From Rhodosorus marinus CCMP1338 (taxonomy: Eukaryota; Plantae; Rhodophyta), in the NCBI GenBank assembly GCA_029953675.1, contig JAMWBK010000012.1, positions 806,001 through 870,000 on the forward strand: a DNA stretch of 64,000 bases, in the 5' to 3' direction. Positions 42,778-55,991 of this stretch are shown here, in pieces. A program made the translations under genes and the position numbers. The notes below the pieces were generated by a model. The model ran no database searches. It was not told the DNA's origin and saw nothing but the letters and a program-made list of their open reading frames with translations. Each line of letters begins with the position of its first letter. Position 1 is the stretch's first letter.

Positions 42778-44147
42778 AGGTGACCGACCCAGCTCTCTAT
42801 GTAATGGCAACGTGTACGGCTGCGGTTCAAAATGACAGCGAGAGCCCACGATGTCACCGGAATGCAGAATTCAACACAAGCATCAGCATACCAGCACGTG
42901 ATTCGGGCACCTGTTCTTTCAGTTCCCACGCGCAGAACAGGTTTCTCACCACTGCATTCAAAAGGCAGACATTCTCCTTTTCTAGGTCGCCTAGTTGGGC
43001 CAGCTTAGTCTCCAGCAAAAGCCGAAAACAGTCGTGTGGAATGCTGCGGCAGCGCAAAGCGATCGAGAGAATCCAGGATGTTCAGCGCAGAGTCAGAAGC
43101 TCCCGCTGAACCCAAGCATCAGCTCACTAGAACATCATCCGGATACTGGTTCTTCCAGTCCCGAGAACTTCATTCAAGCAGAGGACAACATACGTACGGC
43201 AATCGATACCAACTACTCAATTACCTTTGAAGCATCAACGCAAGAACAGCAATGAGACCTCAACAGGAAGTCCTGCCTAGAGAGCTCACTCTTCCATCCA
43301 GAGCAACGCTGAGTTTAAGGCAAGCCAATGGGTAACCTTCAGAAAGCTGCAGTATCGAGACTAACATTCGTACAAGGTAACGAGATATCTTCTCTGTTCT
43401 TGCTCAGGCTGAAAGTGATCCCAACAAACCATCAAGCAGAAGCCAGAACTTAATAGAAGCATCAGCTAACCAGAACATCATTCCGCACCCATCTATTCTA
43501 GTACTAACGAGGACAACGTGATCGCCCTCCATTCACACTCCACCATATTCCATGAACGAATCGTAGTAACAGACTTGTGAATACCCTTTCCATGTCCGAG
43601 GATACCAATCCGGGCTGGTTGGTGCTCTAGTAAACTACCAAGGAATCCATCCATTCCCCCGCAGACAACAGACAGCTTCCCGAATACAATTCAGAACTCG
43701 GCGTGGGAAGATACGTTCTCGTCAAATTGCTTGAAACAAATTACCAAAAAAGCTAAAAATTGGTTGGAAAGGGTTTGCGATGAAGAGGTTGGGGCGGGTG
43801 AACGGGAATGGTATCGAGTGTGGGAATAGAAGAGAATCACAGGGATAAGAGAAGATACGAGGTCGAATGCGTAGACACTCAGAGTAACCCATTGCAGAGT
43901 TTTTTGTGTGGGCTTTCCTTTTTAGGCGAAAGGAGGGCTGCAGGGTGGCAAGAATTGCCTGGTCTTTGATGGGAGGCGGACATCGTCTAGCGCGCGATTC
44001 TGATCTATTGGTGAGGTTCAGAAGGTTCTTTGGAGGACAGATCAGCTGAAGGTATAGAGACTATGTTCCTGTTTTCGGTTAGCTGAAGTCGTAGGCGGCT
44101 TGAGGGTGAAGCCCAAGTGTATTTCGGCTTGTTGTTTTCACCTCACG

Positions 44148-45678
44148 ATGGAGGACAGGTATCGAGGTATAAATGATCAAATCCACGCATACTACTTGTT
44201 GCTTGGAATTCAGAAGACGTACTCAGAGCCGGACTCTTCTTGTTTTCTCGTTCCACGTTTTGTACCGATGTATTTTACTTTTTTTAGATTACCAAGACGA
44301 GCAATACGACGCACCGCATGCAAGCTCAATCGATGGACTTGGAAGGCTTGCGAGTATGGGTTCAGATGGTACAAATGAATTACTACTTGAACGTGAAGTT
44401 CGAGAAGCGTGGTACCCTCAGCTAAGTTGGCTTTTCTCTTTCACTTTGATATAGACCGTTGGGGAAGCTATCCAGATGATGCACCGAAAAAACGAGGTCC
44501 TGATCAAAACCGTGCCGGATATAGAATACAAGGAGAGGAGCCTACAGCGTACGGAAACCACGTTGTGGACATAGTCGATGATCCTGTCGAGGAGGGTGGC
44601 AACACTGGAGTTTTCGAAGGAAACCGGGCTGTTCAAGAGCCTGAACATGAGAACACTATTAGCCACGAAGAACAAGAGAGAAAAAGAAAGTATCATCTGA
44701 TGAGAAATAATCTAGTGCATAGAGACAGGGCGAGAAACTCTGAGATTGCACGCCCACCTCCACGGGTTGAGGAAAGAGTCGAACGCAGCTCTGAACGGAG
44801 ACCAAAGGTCTGGGCTGGTGTGGTCAAGGATGGAAATCTACCCTCCCTAAGAGTGAACGCTTTCTTCCTAGAGGGAGACAACCAGGTGAGTGTGCGACCT
44901 CCAACATGGCAACGATGTTCCATAGACGATAAACGCTGAAAGACTCGTCGCTCGTTTACATTGTACTCTAGCTCGGGTCGTTTCTTCCAGACAGACTGTC
45001 TGTCCTTGGAAGGACCAAGCTTGGAGACATAGGTGGTTACGTGACGGCTGTTATGAAGAACTCAAGCACACGTGCCACAGTTCTGACGTACATCAATCCG
45101 GTAAGGTTGAAGTCGCGGAACACAATGTGACTATGGTAGGCCAAAGCTGATGAAAAAGAACTGAAAACGTGTCTGTGGGTATAACTAATAGGGCAGTGCG
45201 AGGGACGAAAAGAGATACTGGACGATGTGCGACTCGCTGCGTGAGAAGGAGAGAGCCGCGCTCGCGTTTAAGGACTCCTCCACGGAGATGTACCTCATCC
45301 CACCAGGCCCCGTATGCAATGCGAAATGTACACAGTAGCACGAAAACAAATGGGGTTTTCTCAATAGCTTCATGCCATATCTCTCTTGCCATACAGGTCG
45401 CCGTCAAGCTTCACGAGAAGGGGAGCTCGAGGCTACTAGGTAAGAGTCCTCCGCGACACCAAATCAGGCTTCTTTTGCAAAGCAACCAACTTGCACTCTT
45501 GTCACCTCGAACTTTGCTCTAGGAGCGATTATCGTGCGACGGGGAGCCTCATCCAGAGGGCGGGTAAGCCCGGTTTGAACCCATTGCGCTTTTCATTTAT
45601 CAGCTCATGAGCTCGGTAATCGTTACACACACAGGACAACGGAGAGGCAGAATCGAGCAGGCGCGTCAAGGACCCTAG
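44148..45678 (+). CDS. SPOC-domain protein (BYE1/PHF3/DIDO-like C-terminal domain), multi-exon
   Basis: VWAGVVKDG..., FLPDRLSVLGRTKLGDIGGYV and RYWTMCDSLREKERAAL...EMYLIPP resemble consecutive SPOC elements. Boundaries uncertain. Confidence 0.6.
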
Positions 45679-45974
45679 GAGCTCACTGCCCTCGGAACAG
45701 CACTCCGGGCCATCGCACAGCTATGCACGAGCTCCGAGCCCACCTCGCCAGCACTACTCTGGAAGATACGATCATGAACACCCTGAGCGATTTCCTCCAC
45801 CGCCTGGGCATGCTTCGGACTCAGTGGACGTGGCTCCACCCCCACCTCCTTACCCACCACCTGGCCCCAGATGACTAAGTCGCACCGGCCATCACACAGG
45901 ACGACGCGATTACTCGATGGCAGAGATACGAATGCGGTCTTCGTATTCATGTGAAACTGTTCAGACTCTGCCAA
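45675..45974 (-). CDS. Hypothetical protein (terminal exon of a small gene)
   Basis: 99-aa coding-like frame convergent with the SPOC gene; probable upstream exons up to about 46300. Confidence 0.3.
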   Translation of the reverse strand: MAESEQFHMNTKTAFVSLPSSNRVVLCDGRCDLVIWGQVVGKEVGVEPRPLSPKHAQAVEEIAQGVHDRIFQSSAGEVGSELVHSCAMARSAVPRAVSS

Positions 45975-46413
45975 GCACGACGCTCAGCGCTGCTCCAGAA
46001 TGCCGTCGAAACTGCTTTTTGTGGGAATCGGAGGGGTTAAAACTATGTATTACAAGTCACGTTAGAAAGAAAGGGGAGAGCAGAGGACCATCAGCCCTCC
46101 AGCTCACCTTGCAGGTTTAGCACACTTTTTTTTTCGCCTTAAATGCGAAGATCAGCTGTTCGGTCTCAATTGGGCCAGGAATATCCGTTTCAGGGCGGCC
46201 CTGGGTCATCTTCAGACCCTGGATGAGAGCCAAGCGAGTTCAAAACATCGCAAGGGTGATTGTATCAGTAAGAAATCTTCGAAAGGAGGACATTCCAGTG
46301 CAACCACCCCTTGTCCAGGTCTGTCCGAGCTCCTTCAAAACCGCCGGTCGTCGGGCAATGCTTTAGGTGTTTCAGAGTGCACAGGTTGGTTGTTGAGGTT
46401 TGCGGGTTTCGGA

Positions 46414-48031
46414 ATGGGTGTCGGTTTCTGTTCACCTGCGGGAGACCTTGTTACGTCACGGCGAGGCTCTGACCGTCGTCGTCGCTGTGTCCGAATGACG
46501 GCGCTGCGAGCATCAGATCGATCCGCAAGTGCTGAACCAGCAATCATCGAGAAGCTTCATGCGGACTATATGAAACCTGGTGTTCTATCTCTAGCTGCGG
46601 TGAGCTGTATTCTGGCCGAGCTAGAGAGAAGAACCCCCTTCAACTCTGACAAATAGCTCATTCCATGCATGGTAGGGAGTTAGCTATATGAAACCGCCTC
46701 AGGATTGCCTGAGTGAGGCGCTTGAAGCGGTCTTGAAGTCGGAATCCGCCGATCCCCATCGATATGGTGATGTCGTTGGCGATCAGGATCTTCTGGAAGT
46801 AATCCGTTGGAAGTTGGAGACGGTTAACAAGCTGAGGGGACAGGAAATCATGGTTACCGCCGGTGCCAACCAGGTGAACTTTCCTCAGGGACGAGCAGGC
46901 CCACCATGCAGCTCGTCTTACCCCATCATCCGTTTGTCCAGGCTTTCATCAACGTCCTTCTCAGCATCACCGACGTCGGCGATGAGGTGATCCTTATCAA
47001 ACCGTACTACTTCTCCCACCTCGTAGCTCTGCAGCTGTGCGATGTTGTTCCGGTCATGGCCAACAGCGACTCGGAGCTCAAACCAGATCCGATGGAGATC
47101 AAGGCTTCCATAACACCCAAGACAAAGGTTTGCGAAGCCGAGGAAACTGGCTGAGACCTGGCAGTACTCTAGCGCTAAGCGACATACCCTGAACTCCCCC
47201 AGGCGCTCGTCCTAGTCAACCCGGGCAATCCATCCGGGTCCGTAGCTGATCGAGAACTCGTGGAAGAGCTTGAGACGCTCTGTCATGATGCTGGAATCTG
47301 GCTAATCAGCGACGAAGCTTATGAACACTTTCTCTACGACTCGGAGGCGCACTACTCGCCGTCGCTCTACCCGAATCAGGTCATCAACATATTTACAATG
47401 TCCAAGTCTTACGCTCTATCGGGATGGAGAGTCGGGTACTTATCCTATCCTAAGAACCTCTCCGATTCCATGCTTAAGGTACGTTACAGAATCAAAATCT
47501 CAACGGCATGAGGACCAAGTTCTTATCGTTCGTTTTGACGGGTGTTAGATCAACGACACGGTTCCTACTCACGCGTGTAGAACCAGTCAATCCATCGCGG
47601 CCAAGGCGTTGGAGGACCACGGAAACTTTCCAGCTGTTCACGCCGAAGGTGAGGCGCCGTAACATAGTTTCGTTGCTTCGATCTCGCAGCTGAAAGGCAT
47701 TATCGTCTTCACAGAGCTCGAACGCAATCGTGACGAGATCTGGCGCGTTGTGGAAAAGTACGCGACAGTGAAGACCAAAGGTGCCTTCTACTTCTTCATC
47801 AAAGCCCCAGGCGTGTATGACGACCTTGAAGCTACTCGCGTACTGGCGGAGCAGTACAACGTGCTTGTCGTCCCCGGCACCGCCTTTGGAATGCCGGGGT
47901 ACCTTCGAATTTCATACGCTGGATTGCGCTATGAGGTCATGAAAACAGCCGCCGACTGCTTGGAGCAGGGGCTGCGGTACTTGTCTCGAATCCCACCGGA
48001 AGACGAAGACGCGAAGAAGCGCCGGGATTGA
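46414..48031 (+). CDS. PLP-dependent class I/II aminotransferase (aspartate aminotransferase-like), probably plastid-targeted, multi-exon
   Basis: VTAGANQ, NPGNPSG, LISDEAYEHF, SKSYALSGWRVGY (PLP lysine), GAFYFF and PGTAFGMPGYLRISY. Transit-peptide-like MGVGF... start. Confidence 0.93.
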
Positions 48032-48248
48032 GTTCCATTTTCTAAGAAACTGGTCCAGCTCCTTCTGAAGTCTGGCACAGAAGCAAAGACCAAAGGACGA
48101 GCGGTCCGAATATTGTCCTTTCCTTCCTCACAATTGAGTGAAGACTGTCGTTTTCTGGAAGTTATCGGAGGTTATGTGAGCCAGGAGCGCCGGGATTGAG
48201 TTCCATTTTCTAAGAAACTGGTCCAGCTCCTCCTGAAGTCTGGCACAG
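48018..48248. repeat. 63-bp direct repeat (48018-48080 and 48186-48248), one mismatch
   Basis: agcgccgggattgagttccattttctaagaaactggtccagctcc(t)(t/c)ctgaagtctggcacag occurs twice with a 168-nt offset. Confidence 0.97.
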
Positions 48249-51180
48249 TAAGGCGTTTCCAGCAGCTCCATCCCTGGTTTTAAATAGAAGAGAGCGGGGT
48301 TAAGGCATTTAAACGCATGGTTGACAGCTCGAGGTTCGGCGGGCTTACCTCCGCTTTCGTTCCTACCAAAGCAAAGGACGTCTTCCTCACGATCAGCGTA
48401 CATTGAAGAAAGCCTGCATAGGAGGCGGGTGGGTAAGACTGGAGAACTGATGAGTGCCAGGAGTGGTTGGGTCCACGATCACGTACGTGTATTTGGCACC
48501 GCTCACTTGCATTTTGTAACCGAAGAGATTATAGCAAGCTAATCTGAACTCCTCGATCTTCATCCGGGCGACTTCTCTCGTGCGAAGAGCACGCTTTTCA
48601 GCTTCGGTAACCGCCTTCGCGACCTCCTAGAGTCACCAGTGCATAGTTCTGGGGGGTGAGCGAGAAACTAGTAAAGGATTCTTAAGAAAGATCGCACCTC
48701 CTTCGATAATCTCGTTGCTTCAGCCTCGAGATCGGCAATGCGCTTCTTCAACTGAGCCCCGGCGTCGGAAGAGCCGTCGGTATTATCTTGTTCAAGTCGC
48801 GGTCTCTTACGTTCGCTCGTTGGCTCCTCTGGTTTAGAGAGTATGGATGGGTTGTCCTTCAGATGCAGGATCTTGCTGCCTTCACTCTCTGCGGACGAAA
48901 GGTCGACAAATTTTAAAACCAAGTAAAGAATACTCCCTGCTAGTCTTGGGTTAAGTACCTTTCTCAACTTTCTCGCGGGCAAGGAGCTCCGACTCCAGCT
49001 TGGCAACCTACCAGAAGCGAGACAGTACTTTAGACGATGCGTTTCCTGCATGATATTTCCACGTTTAGTGGAGGGCACAAACTAACCTTTCGCTTCAGGC
49101 CGTCCGTCTCCTTTTCCAAGCTTTGGACGTTGCTCAGTTTCGTCAGCTTCTCGGAGAGTTGATCACGCTCCTTCACCGCTTCCAGGACTTTCGATCTGAG
49201 CATCTCGATCACCGAGGATTCCTGATTCTCCGAGAACCTTCGTGCCTGGGCCTCAGCAAGCTCCACGGTCAGTTCTCTCACACGATCTTCGCCCCTGGCT
49301 ACGTCCTCAGCAAGCGTCTTGACCGTCGCCTCTGTCTCCTTCAGCGACCCTTCCAGCGCCTTGATACGCTCACTACGTCTCTCAGCCGGCTCGTTCGACA
49401 ACATGTCCTCTTCATAGGCGTCCACGATCGATCGAAGCGCAGCGCGCTCCCTTTCCAGGACCTTTACTCGCCGACCAACACGAACCAGAGCCTGAACGTA
49501 CCCAAGTACAGAGGTTCAGAAACTTCACTGATGGACTGATCGGGAATGTCCCGGAATGCTTACAGACTCGAGAGCAGTGGTCTTCGCCTTGAGGCTGTCA
49601 ACTTCAGACTTCAGTTTCGAACTCTTCAGTAATATAGAGTCTACCTCACCGCCCTTGTTTGCGTGCACAGGACGTTTGAACGTTGAGTCCTTATGTGCAG
49701 AGATGCTCTGCAAAATCTGCGCAATGGGAGAGTTGGCCTTGAGCATTACGTAGAGCAAACGCGTGAAGGGTCCCGGCTATGGATAGCGTCTTACTCTGAT
49801 TCCTTCTTCCCGATCTCCAGTAGGAGAAAGTTCCTCCACAATACTCGAAATGGCCTCCTTCTCCCTGCGAAGCGCGTCGAGGTGCTCCTTCGTGTTATCT
49901 TCCACGGACTGAATCTTCTCCATTGCATCAATCTTCGCACGCAGGTCAGCAACCTCCGCAGTGCTCTCTCTTCCGCTGGTCAGATGCTTTTCCATGGCCC
50001 GGATCTGATCACGAACCAGGTCTATCTCTTTCTCGAGTCTTCGGTTCTGCACAGAGCCGTTCACAGAGACAATCATTTCAGCCGAACAGCCTCGGATGCT
50101 GACCAATAGATAATTATCCAAAGCGTGGTCTTCATTCCAATCGGTTTATCACCCCGTACCGAATCCACCAACTCCGCGTTCCGCCTTGTCAGCTCAAAAA
50201 CTCTCTCATCACCACCAGAGCTAATCCTGCGCCCTTCCACCTCACCTGAACTCCTCCTCTCCAGCCCAAGCCTCCGTTCCTTCTCAGCCTTCAGATGACT
50301 TTCAAGAACCTCAATCTCCTGCGCGCCCGAAAAACAACCGAAAAACAACCAAAAAACTTAATATGCAAAGAAGTCAATCATAATTATGAAATAATACTCT
50401 GATTATGGATTATCAGTCTTAAATCAACGAACAATCCTTGTTCAGATATCTCAGCGACAATAACCAGATGGTCCATAATTATGAAATAATATGCTACATT
50501 TGGAAATAAATCTTAAATCAAAGATAATTATCCTTGTCCAGAAAACGAGAATAGACAGCTGTCCTAGTTTCCTTTTTGAAAACTTAGGATGAGGATGGCT
50601 TTCAAAGGAAAGTCCTTGCCTTGGGCAAGGAACGGGCAACAAGGTAGCAAAACGAGGTGGATTTTTTGGGCTTACGTACTTGTTTTCTGGAATCTTCCAT
50701 CTGCTTCATCAGCTGTTCGGCGTTGGCTGCGCGCTCCTGGGCGGCGGCGAGCTGGTTCTGGAGGAGTTGCCTCCTCCTCTCCGATCCCTCGATTCGGTTG
50801 TTTTGGTCTCTTGTGGCAGTGCTCAGCGAATTTTCGACGCCCCTCAACTGTGACTCGAGTTCCTTGATTCGCGATTCTCTGTCCTCCAGCCTCGTATTCA
50901 GCGACTCCCGTTCCTCCAAGAGTTCTCTCGTTTGACCCTCGACCACTGCAGCTGACCCGTTCAATTTAAATATCTTCAAATCCAATTCCCTTCTTTCCTT
51001 CTCCATCATATCCTCCTTCTCACGTATGTCCCGCTCCAGTTCTCTTCGTTTCTCAACCTCGCGCTCATACCTCTCCTCAGTCTCTGCGAGAACCGCCCTC
51101 ACCGAAAACAACCTCGCCGAAGTAGAAGAGCCACCAACGGCCTCCTTCAGATCCTCCGACAGCTCTTTTACAGCCTCCAT
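48128..51180 (-). CDS. MAD1: Spindle assembly checkpoint protein MAD1, multi-exon
   Basis: Long coiled-coil exons, MAD2-interaction-like KILHLKDNP, EFRLACYNLFGYK, MYADREEDVLCF and MELLETPY...FLRKWNSIPALLAHIT. An upstream exon is possible. Confidence 0.9.
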
Positions 51181-51349
51181 AATAACAGGATCTCAGCAAG
51201 AAAACCTCCAGAAATCAACTCCAACTACGGAGAAAAAAAAAAAAACAGCTCCGTCAACGTGACTAGGCCCCTTTGAAAAAAGACCCAGCCAGACCTCACC
51301 AAGCTTTTCCTTCTTAAGAACACAACCAAAACAGAAAAGTCAACGAGGA

Positions 51350-52121
51350 CTTTAGTCATACCTCGAAAAGGTTGAGAGGACTTCATAAGCATCTCCCCTG
51401 CTCTTCAAAGACTTGCCCGACCAGAGATCTGCTTCAAAGCGCTTCCTCTTAAAGCGCTGCGATGAGGAAAGCCATTTCACCATGTCACACATAACAGCTG
51501 TCTCGTTCCATCGGTGTAAGACTGGTTTGAAGTCTCAGATGAGGACGAAACGTGATTTGCTCAATCGGTTGCTAACCATTAGGAGCTTCCGAAACAACAT
51601 TCGTCCTCTTTAACGCTGACGAGGGGGCGTCGTGGTCACGTCACTCGTGGGACGTTTCCCAATGCGAGCATCGAGGTATTCTAATGATATCACCAGATGT
51701 CTCGGCAGCGGAAAAGCTTGCTTGGTTGATTAGTTGGTAGAGTTCTCCGAACGCTGCCTGTAAATCTACGGCTTCGACTTGAGTCCATCTTCGAGCCGGT
51801 CAGACTTTTTCTGCTGGCGAGAGCTTGAAGCTGGTCCATGATGGGTTTCTTATTCCATCCGCGTACTTCGTGAATAGTCTGAAGCTCTGATAAGGCCAAT
51901 AGGGAGCCTTCGATGCGATCCATCAATTAACGGCCGCTCAGAGCTTCTTCAGGAAGTTGCCTGTGATATCTGATGTAGTCTGTTGAAGGTTGTCTAATCT
52001 GAATACTAAGAAGATCAGCAAGTATTGACACGATCGGGTGAGGAGACCCGTGAATGTGCATATTCCGACTCTTCGACGTTGGTCGTTGGCGTGGAAGTCG
52101 TTCCACTGAGAGACGGTTCAA
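51350..52121 (-). CDS. Unassigned multi-exon coding region
   Basis: ORFs 51927-52121 and 51690-51926 share a frame across a TAA that a 45-nt GT-AG intron would remove. A further exon-like frame (KRKRFEADLW...) ends in a gtatga donor. Confidence 0.3.
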
Positions 52122-52627
52122 CAGGCTGTTGAGGTTTCAGCCTTGATGAACACGGACATCGTCATTTGTTCGTGGGCACCCACTTGGTTTCAAGTCAAGA
52201 GTTCTGTTGTCTTCTGGCGTGATGGTTTCGAGGTCGATCTAACCACACATTTGCCAGGTCGCAAATACACCCCGTGTATGTAGGAATAGACTCATGGCCG
52301 CTATTGTTTATTTTGTCGCAAACAAAGAGCTCTTTTCTCGTTCTCGATCGACTTGACTAAGCAGCTGGTCGGCAGAGCGCAGTATTAAATATATCAATGT
52401 ACAGGTCTAGAAGTCCGCCCTCGGTTGTTCAACTGCAGGTTCGAATGGAAGACTTGGCGGAAGACAGCATAACTCTGGTGAGAAATGCTAGTGCGCAGTG
52501 CTCAAAAGCTTTTGGGGCCGTATCCGAGCATGTCAAGCAAAGCACCCTAGTGAAAAAATAAGAAATCTCTCAAGGACACGTGCCCGCGCTGGGGTGATTA
52601 TATAGAAGATTCGACTAGTTAAAGACG

Positions 52628-53692
52628 TCACTTGACGTTCTCGTGCACGTCCTTCACATGACGATTGTAACTGCTCTTCCAAGTGAAAGACTTTGAACAA
52701 ACTTCGCAGTTGAAATGATTTCCTCCCCCGTGCACTGCCCGCATGTGCTCGCTGAGATGTCCCTTCTGTTTGAACGACTTGTTGCATTGACGACACTTGA
52801 ATGATCGTTGATTCAGGTGTGTGCCCTCAACATGTCTCCGGAGATGGTAGGATGAGTGAAATTTCGCGCTGCACAGGTGACAGATGTGAACCGGCGCAGA
52901 TTTCGCGTAGCTCAGTTCTTCACTGCTCGACTGCACATCGGAACCAATAGCATCCACGGCCTCATTCAACAAGTTCCTTCTCGGCATGGGCAGAACGTCA
53001 GTACAAACCTTTTGCATATAGTCATGGGTTCTTTCGTAGCCATCCATCCGCAAACACATTCGTATTCTTATGACGTAGTCTCCCATCGCTCGAATTCCCC
53101 ATCCGTTGCAGCTTGCGTTTACGTAGTAATCGTTGATGCCCTTCCACGGATCGCTAAATCTGGTGAGCCGCATGCTTTCGAACTGCCTCATCGACTCGGT
53201 ACACTCACAAATATCACCCCTAACCGCACAAAACGGACAATCCCTTTCCCACCTGGAAAACACTGGTGTGTGAACAGTGCTGTCCTCCTCCACAGTATAC
53301 TCAATCGACCTCACGTCCAGCGTGTTGTAAATTGCGAACATTATTTTCTTCTGCCGTCGATTGTAGTCCACAGTGCAGAGATTGTTTTTTCCAATGTAGA
53401 GGAGAGCAACCTTCCGGTCGAAAAGCCACTTTCCGTCGTGCTTCTCTAGCTGGAAACACAAGCAGTAGTCTGGATGCCTAACGGCCAGATTCGAACCCAT
53501 AACGCCTCCCTCAGCGCTCTCAAATCCCCACGCAGGCCCCGGCATCTTCACCACCTGGTGCAAGAACATCGACTCGGACTTCAAAGCATCAACTCCTATC
53601 TGCATTTCCTCGCTGTCAAAAATCCAGCTCCGGACCTGTTCAACATCGAGGATCGATTCGACCCACTCGGGGAACACTTCAAAGCTTTTCAT
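52628..53692 (-). CDS. C2H2 zinc-finger transcription factor, intronless, three C-terminal fingers
   Basis: CHLC..HLRRHVEGTH, CRQC..HLSEHMRAVH and CEVC..YNRHVKDVH; internal CPFCAVRGDICEC motif. Confidence 0.93.
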   Translation of the reverse strand: MKSFEVFPEWVESILDVEQVRSWIFDSEEMQIGVDALKSESMFLHQVVKMPGPAWGFESAEGGVMGSNLAVRHPDYCLCFQLEKHDGKWLFDRKVALLYIGKNNLCTVDYNRRQKKIMFAIYNTLDVRSIEYTVEEDSTVHTPVFSRWERDCPFCAVRGDICECTESMRQFESMRLTRFSDPWKGINDYYVNASCNGWGIRAMGDYVIRIRMCLRMDGYERTHDYMQKVCTDVLPMPRRNLLNEAVDAIGSDVQSSSEELSYAKSAPVHICHLCSAKFHSSYHLRRHVEGTHLNQRSFKCRQCNKSFKQKGHLSEHMRAVHGGGNHFNCEVCSKSFTWKSSYNRHVKDVHENVK

Positions 53693-55991
53693 TCCGCCAC
53701 AAACAGGTTATTTCATCTCTCAAAACCTGCCCGCCCCCCTTTTTCACCTTCCGCACGAGAAAAAGACGGAAAAAACTTCAACTCGTCCTAAGCCTATCCC
53801 CACAAGCTTTTGGGAAACTATTAAAGCGAGACAGTCCTTCCGCCTTCCGCAGCCAAAGTCGACTTCCACACCACCAAAACACAGAAAATTTTAACCCACT
53901 CTACTCCACAACCCGTTCGTTTTCCCAAATGAACAAAAACAAAACCTCAAAATTTCTCCACCCCAGAGTCTCAGTTCAACACCACCTCTCTCAAACAACT
54001 TCAGCTCTGTTCAACTTTTTCAACCTACCCTCAAAAGAGCTTTTTCCCCAACTTGGCCCCTTAAAAAGGTCTACCTTACTCTCCTCCTTTCAAGGCGAAG
54101 TTAGTCAACCCTCCTCCTTATTCTCCTCTCCTCTCCTCCTCCCCGCCCAAAAGAGAAAGGAAACAAACCTTCAAATTCACCTCCGAAGTCAAACCAAAAC
54201 AAAAGAAAACTTTAGTCCCTCTCAACCACATTCCGCTCCTCCTCCTGCCCTACCCCTTCTCCCTCAGCACCCGCTCCATATATGTGTACTCTGAAACCGA
54301 TCTTCTATTGCTAGATAGCCCTTCCCATTTTCTAAAAACATGAAAACTTTTGCCTGGACAAGCCGGGATTTATTTTTGGGCGAATGTTCTCCGACTTGCT
54401 CTGCCCAGGCTTGCTGGATACCACGCGCAGTAATGTTACCCCGCAGCCTTCTCAACTGCTCCCTAAATACCCCCTAAATAAGGATGTCATAAAATGTCCG
54501 ATATACTAAAAGTCTGTCTTAATAGAAGATGAGTAATAGCAAAAAAAATATTGGACAAAAAAGCTTTCAGCAAACCTGCTGAAAATTTATCATGGTTTTC
54601 AAATATTTTCCCCATTTTTTCTTTTTTTTTGTTTATTCAGCGTACAGCGTAGGCTGGACATTTTATGACGAAGATAGTCTAAAGAATCCATTTTATGGAA
54701 GTGGATTCATCGGATTTAGTATGAAGCACTTTTTTTTTTCCCCCCCCTCTTCACTTATCCTCAAAAATCGTATCGATTGACACTGAGGTGGGTAGAATAG
54801 AGAAGGGAGAACGCAAAAATTATTATTCTTACACGTACCCCCTGTGTACTAGAATAGATTCGAATTAAAATACTATTTGGGAAGTATATTTTTACTTGGG
54901 CAACCCTCACCCCCCCTCTTCGAACGATAGATATATCTGGGACGGGTAGATATTGTCTCCCCCTTTGGTAAATTCGACTCCAGTCGAGCAGAAACCCTAA
55001 AGAGCACCTAAAACCCATGGGGTTTCAATATAAGTTGGTGCCCCTCCATAGCTCGATGGAATTAATATGAAAATGCGGACGAGGGTTCCACGGAGGTTAA
55101 ATTTTATAATTAAAATGAAACTTTGAGGTGTACGAATATGTGCCAGTCTAAATTTTAAGTTGCCGCCCTATATTAAGTAGCTTTCACCATCGCTTACACG
55201 ACTGGGTAGTTGAGTTCCACGTACTCAAATATGATACGAAACAGATAATAATTGGATAATGATGTAGCACTGATCCAATCATAAAGGGATTAGTATCTGA
55301 TGCGGAACAACTCTTTGGGACACGCGGCTTGTCCCGTTGATTGTCCCATTTCACCCCGTCGAAAGCTCAGGGATCAAGACGGGCACCGAGCTCCTGTTGT
55401 CAATGTTTGAGCGTTGCCTACGCAGGCGATGGAGATAAGAAATGGTTTAATGGATAGTCTCTAGGGAGCGGATCGATGAAAAAGTTCTGCCGCGCGCCCT
55501 GTCCCGCGCTGCTAGTCACCCTTGGCTCTGGATGGAGCTCGCTTTCCCTGTTAGTTCTGTCTGTAGTTTTGTTGTTGAGACTTCTTTAGTTGTCTGTGCT
55601 ATGTGCAACTGCAGACTGAAAGTCCGGGACTTCGATTTGCGCGCCCTGTGCTGCCAAAAGTGTATTCTGCAAGTCTCGTTCGATGTCACCGCTTGGATAG
55701 ATGCGGGGTGGCAAGGACAGGCCCCTCCTCGAGCAAGTCCCGGCGACAAGCGGAAGCTCTGGTTTCCAGAAGGGACCGGAAACTTGCCCTTGTGGATGAA
55801 TTTCGACCGGCCCCCACGACGGTCACGGGGAGGGGGGCCAACCAGAAAAATGACGTGTTGGCTTGTGGCCTCGCCTAGATTACTACTGAGCCACCTCTAG
55901 GAGGACCTGGGCCAAGGGGAGCCACACTTGCGGAAGAGCACCAGTAGTCTTTACAGTTTATTGACACAGCAGTCTCGGTTCGGAAACGGGT

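Noticed and set aside
48060-48110. Alternative MAD1 splice acceptor inside the duplicated 63-mer
   Set aside because: Both candidate AGs are out of phase with the phase-1 donor of the last MAD1 intron.
55440-55900. LKVRDFDLRA as a kinase DFG-like motif
   Set aside because: No other kinase subdomains; the coding strand and frame of this region are unresolved.
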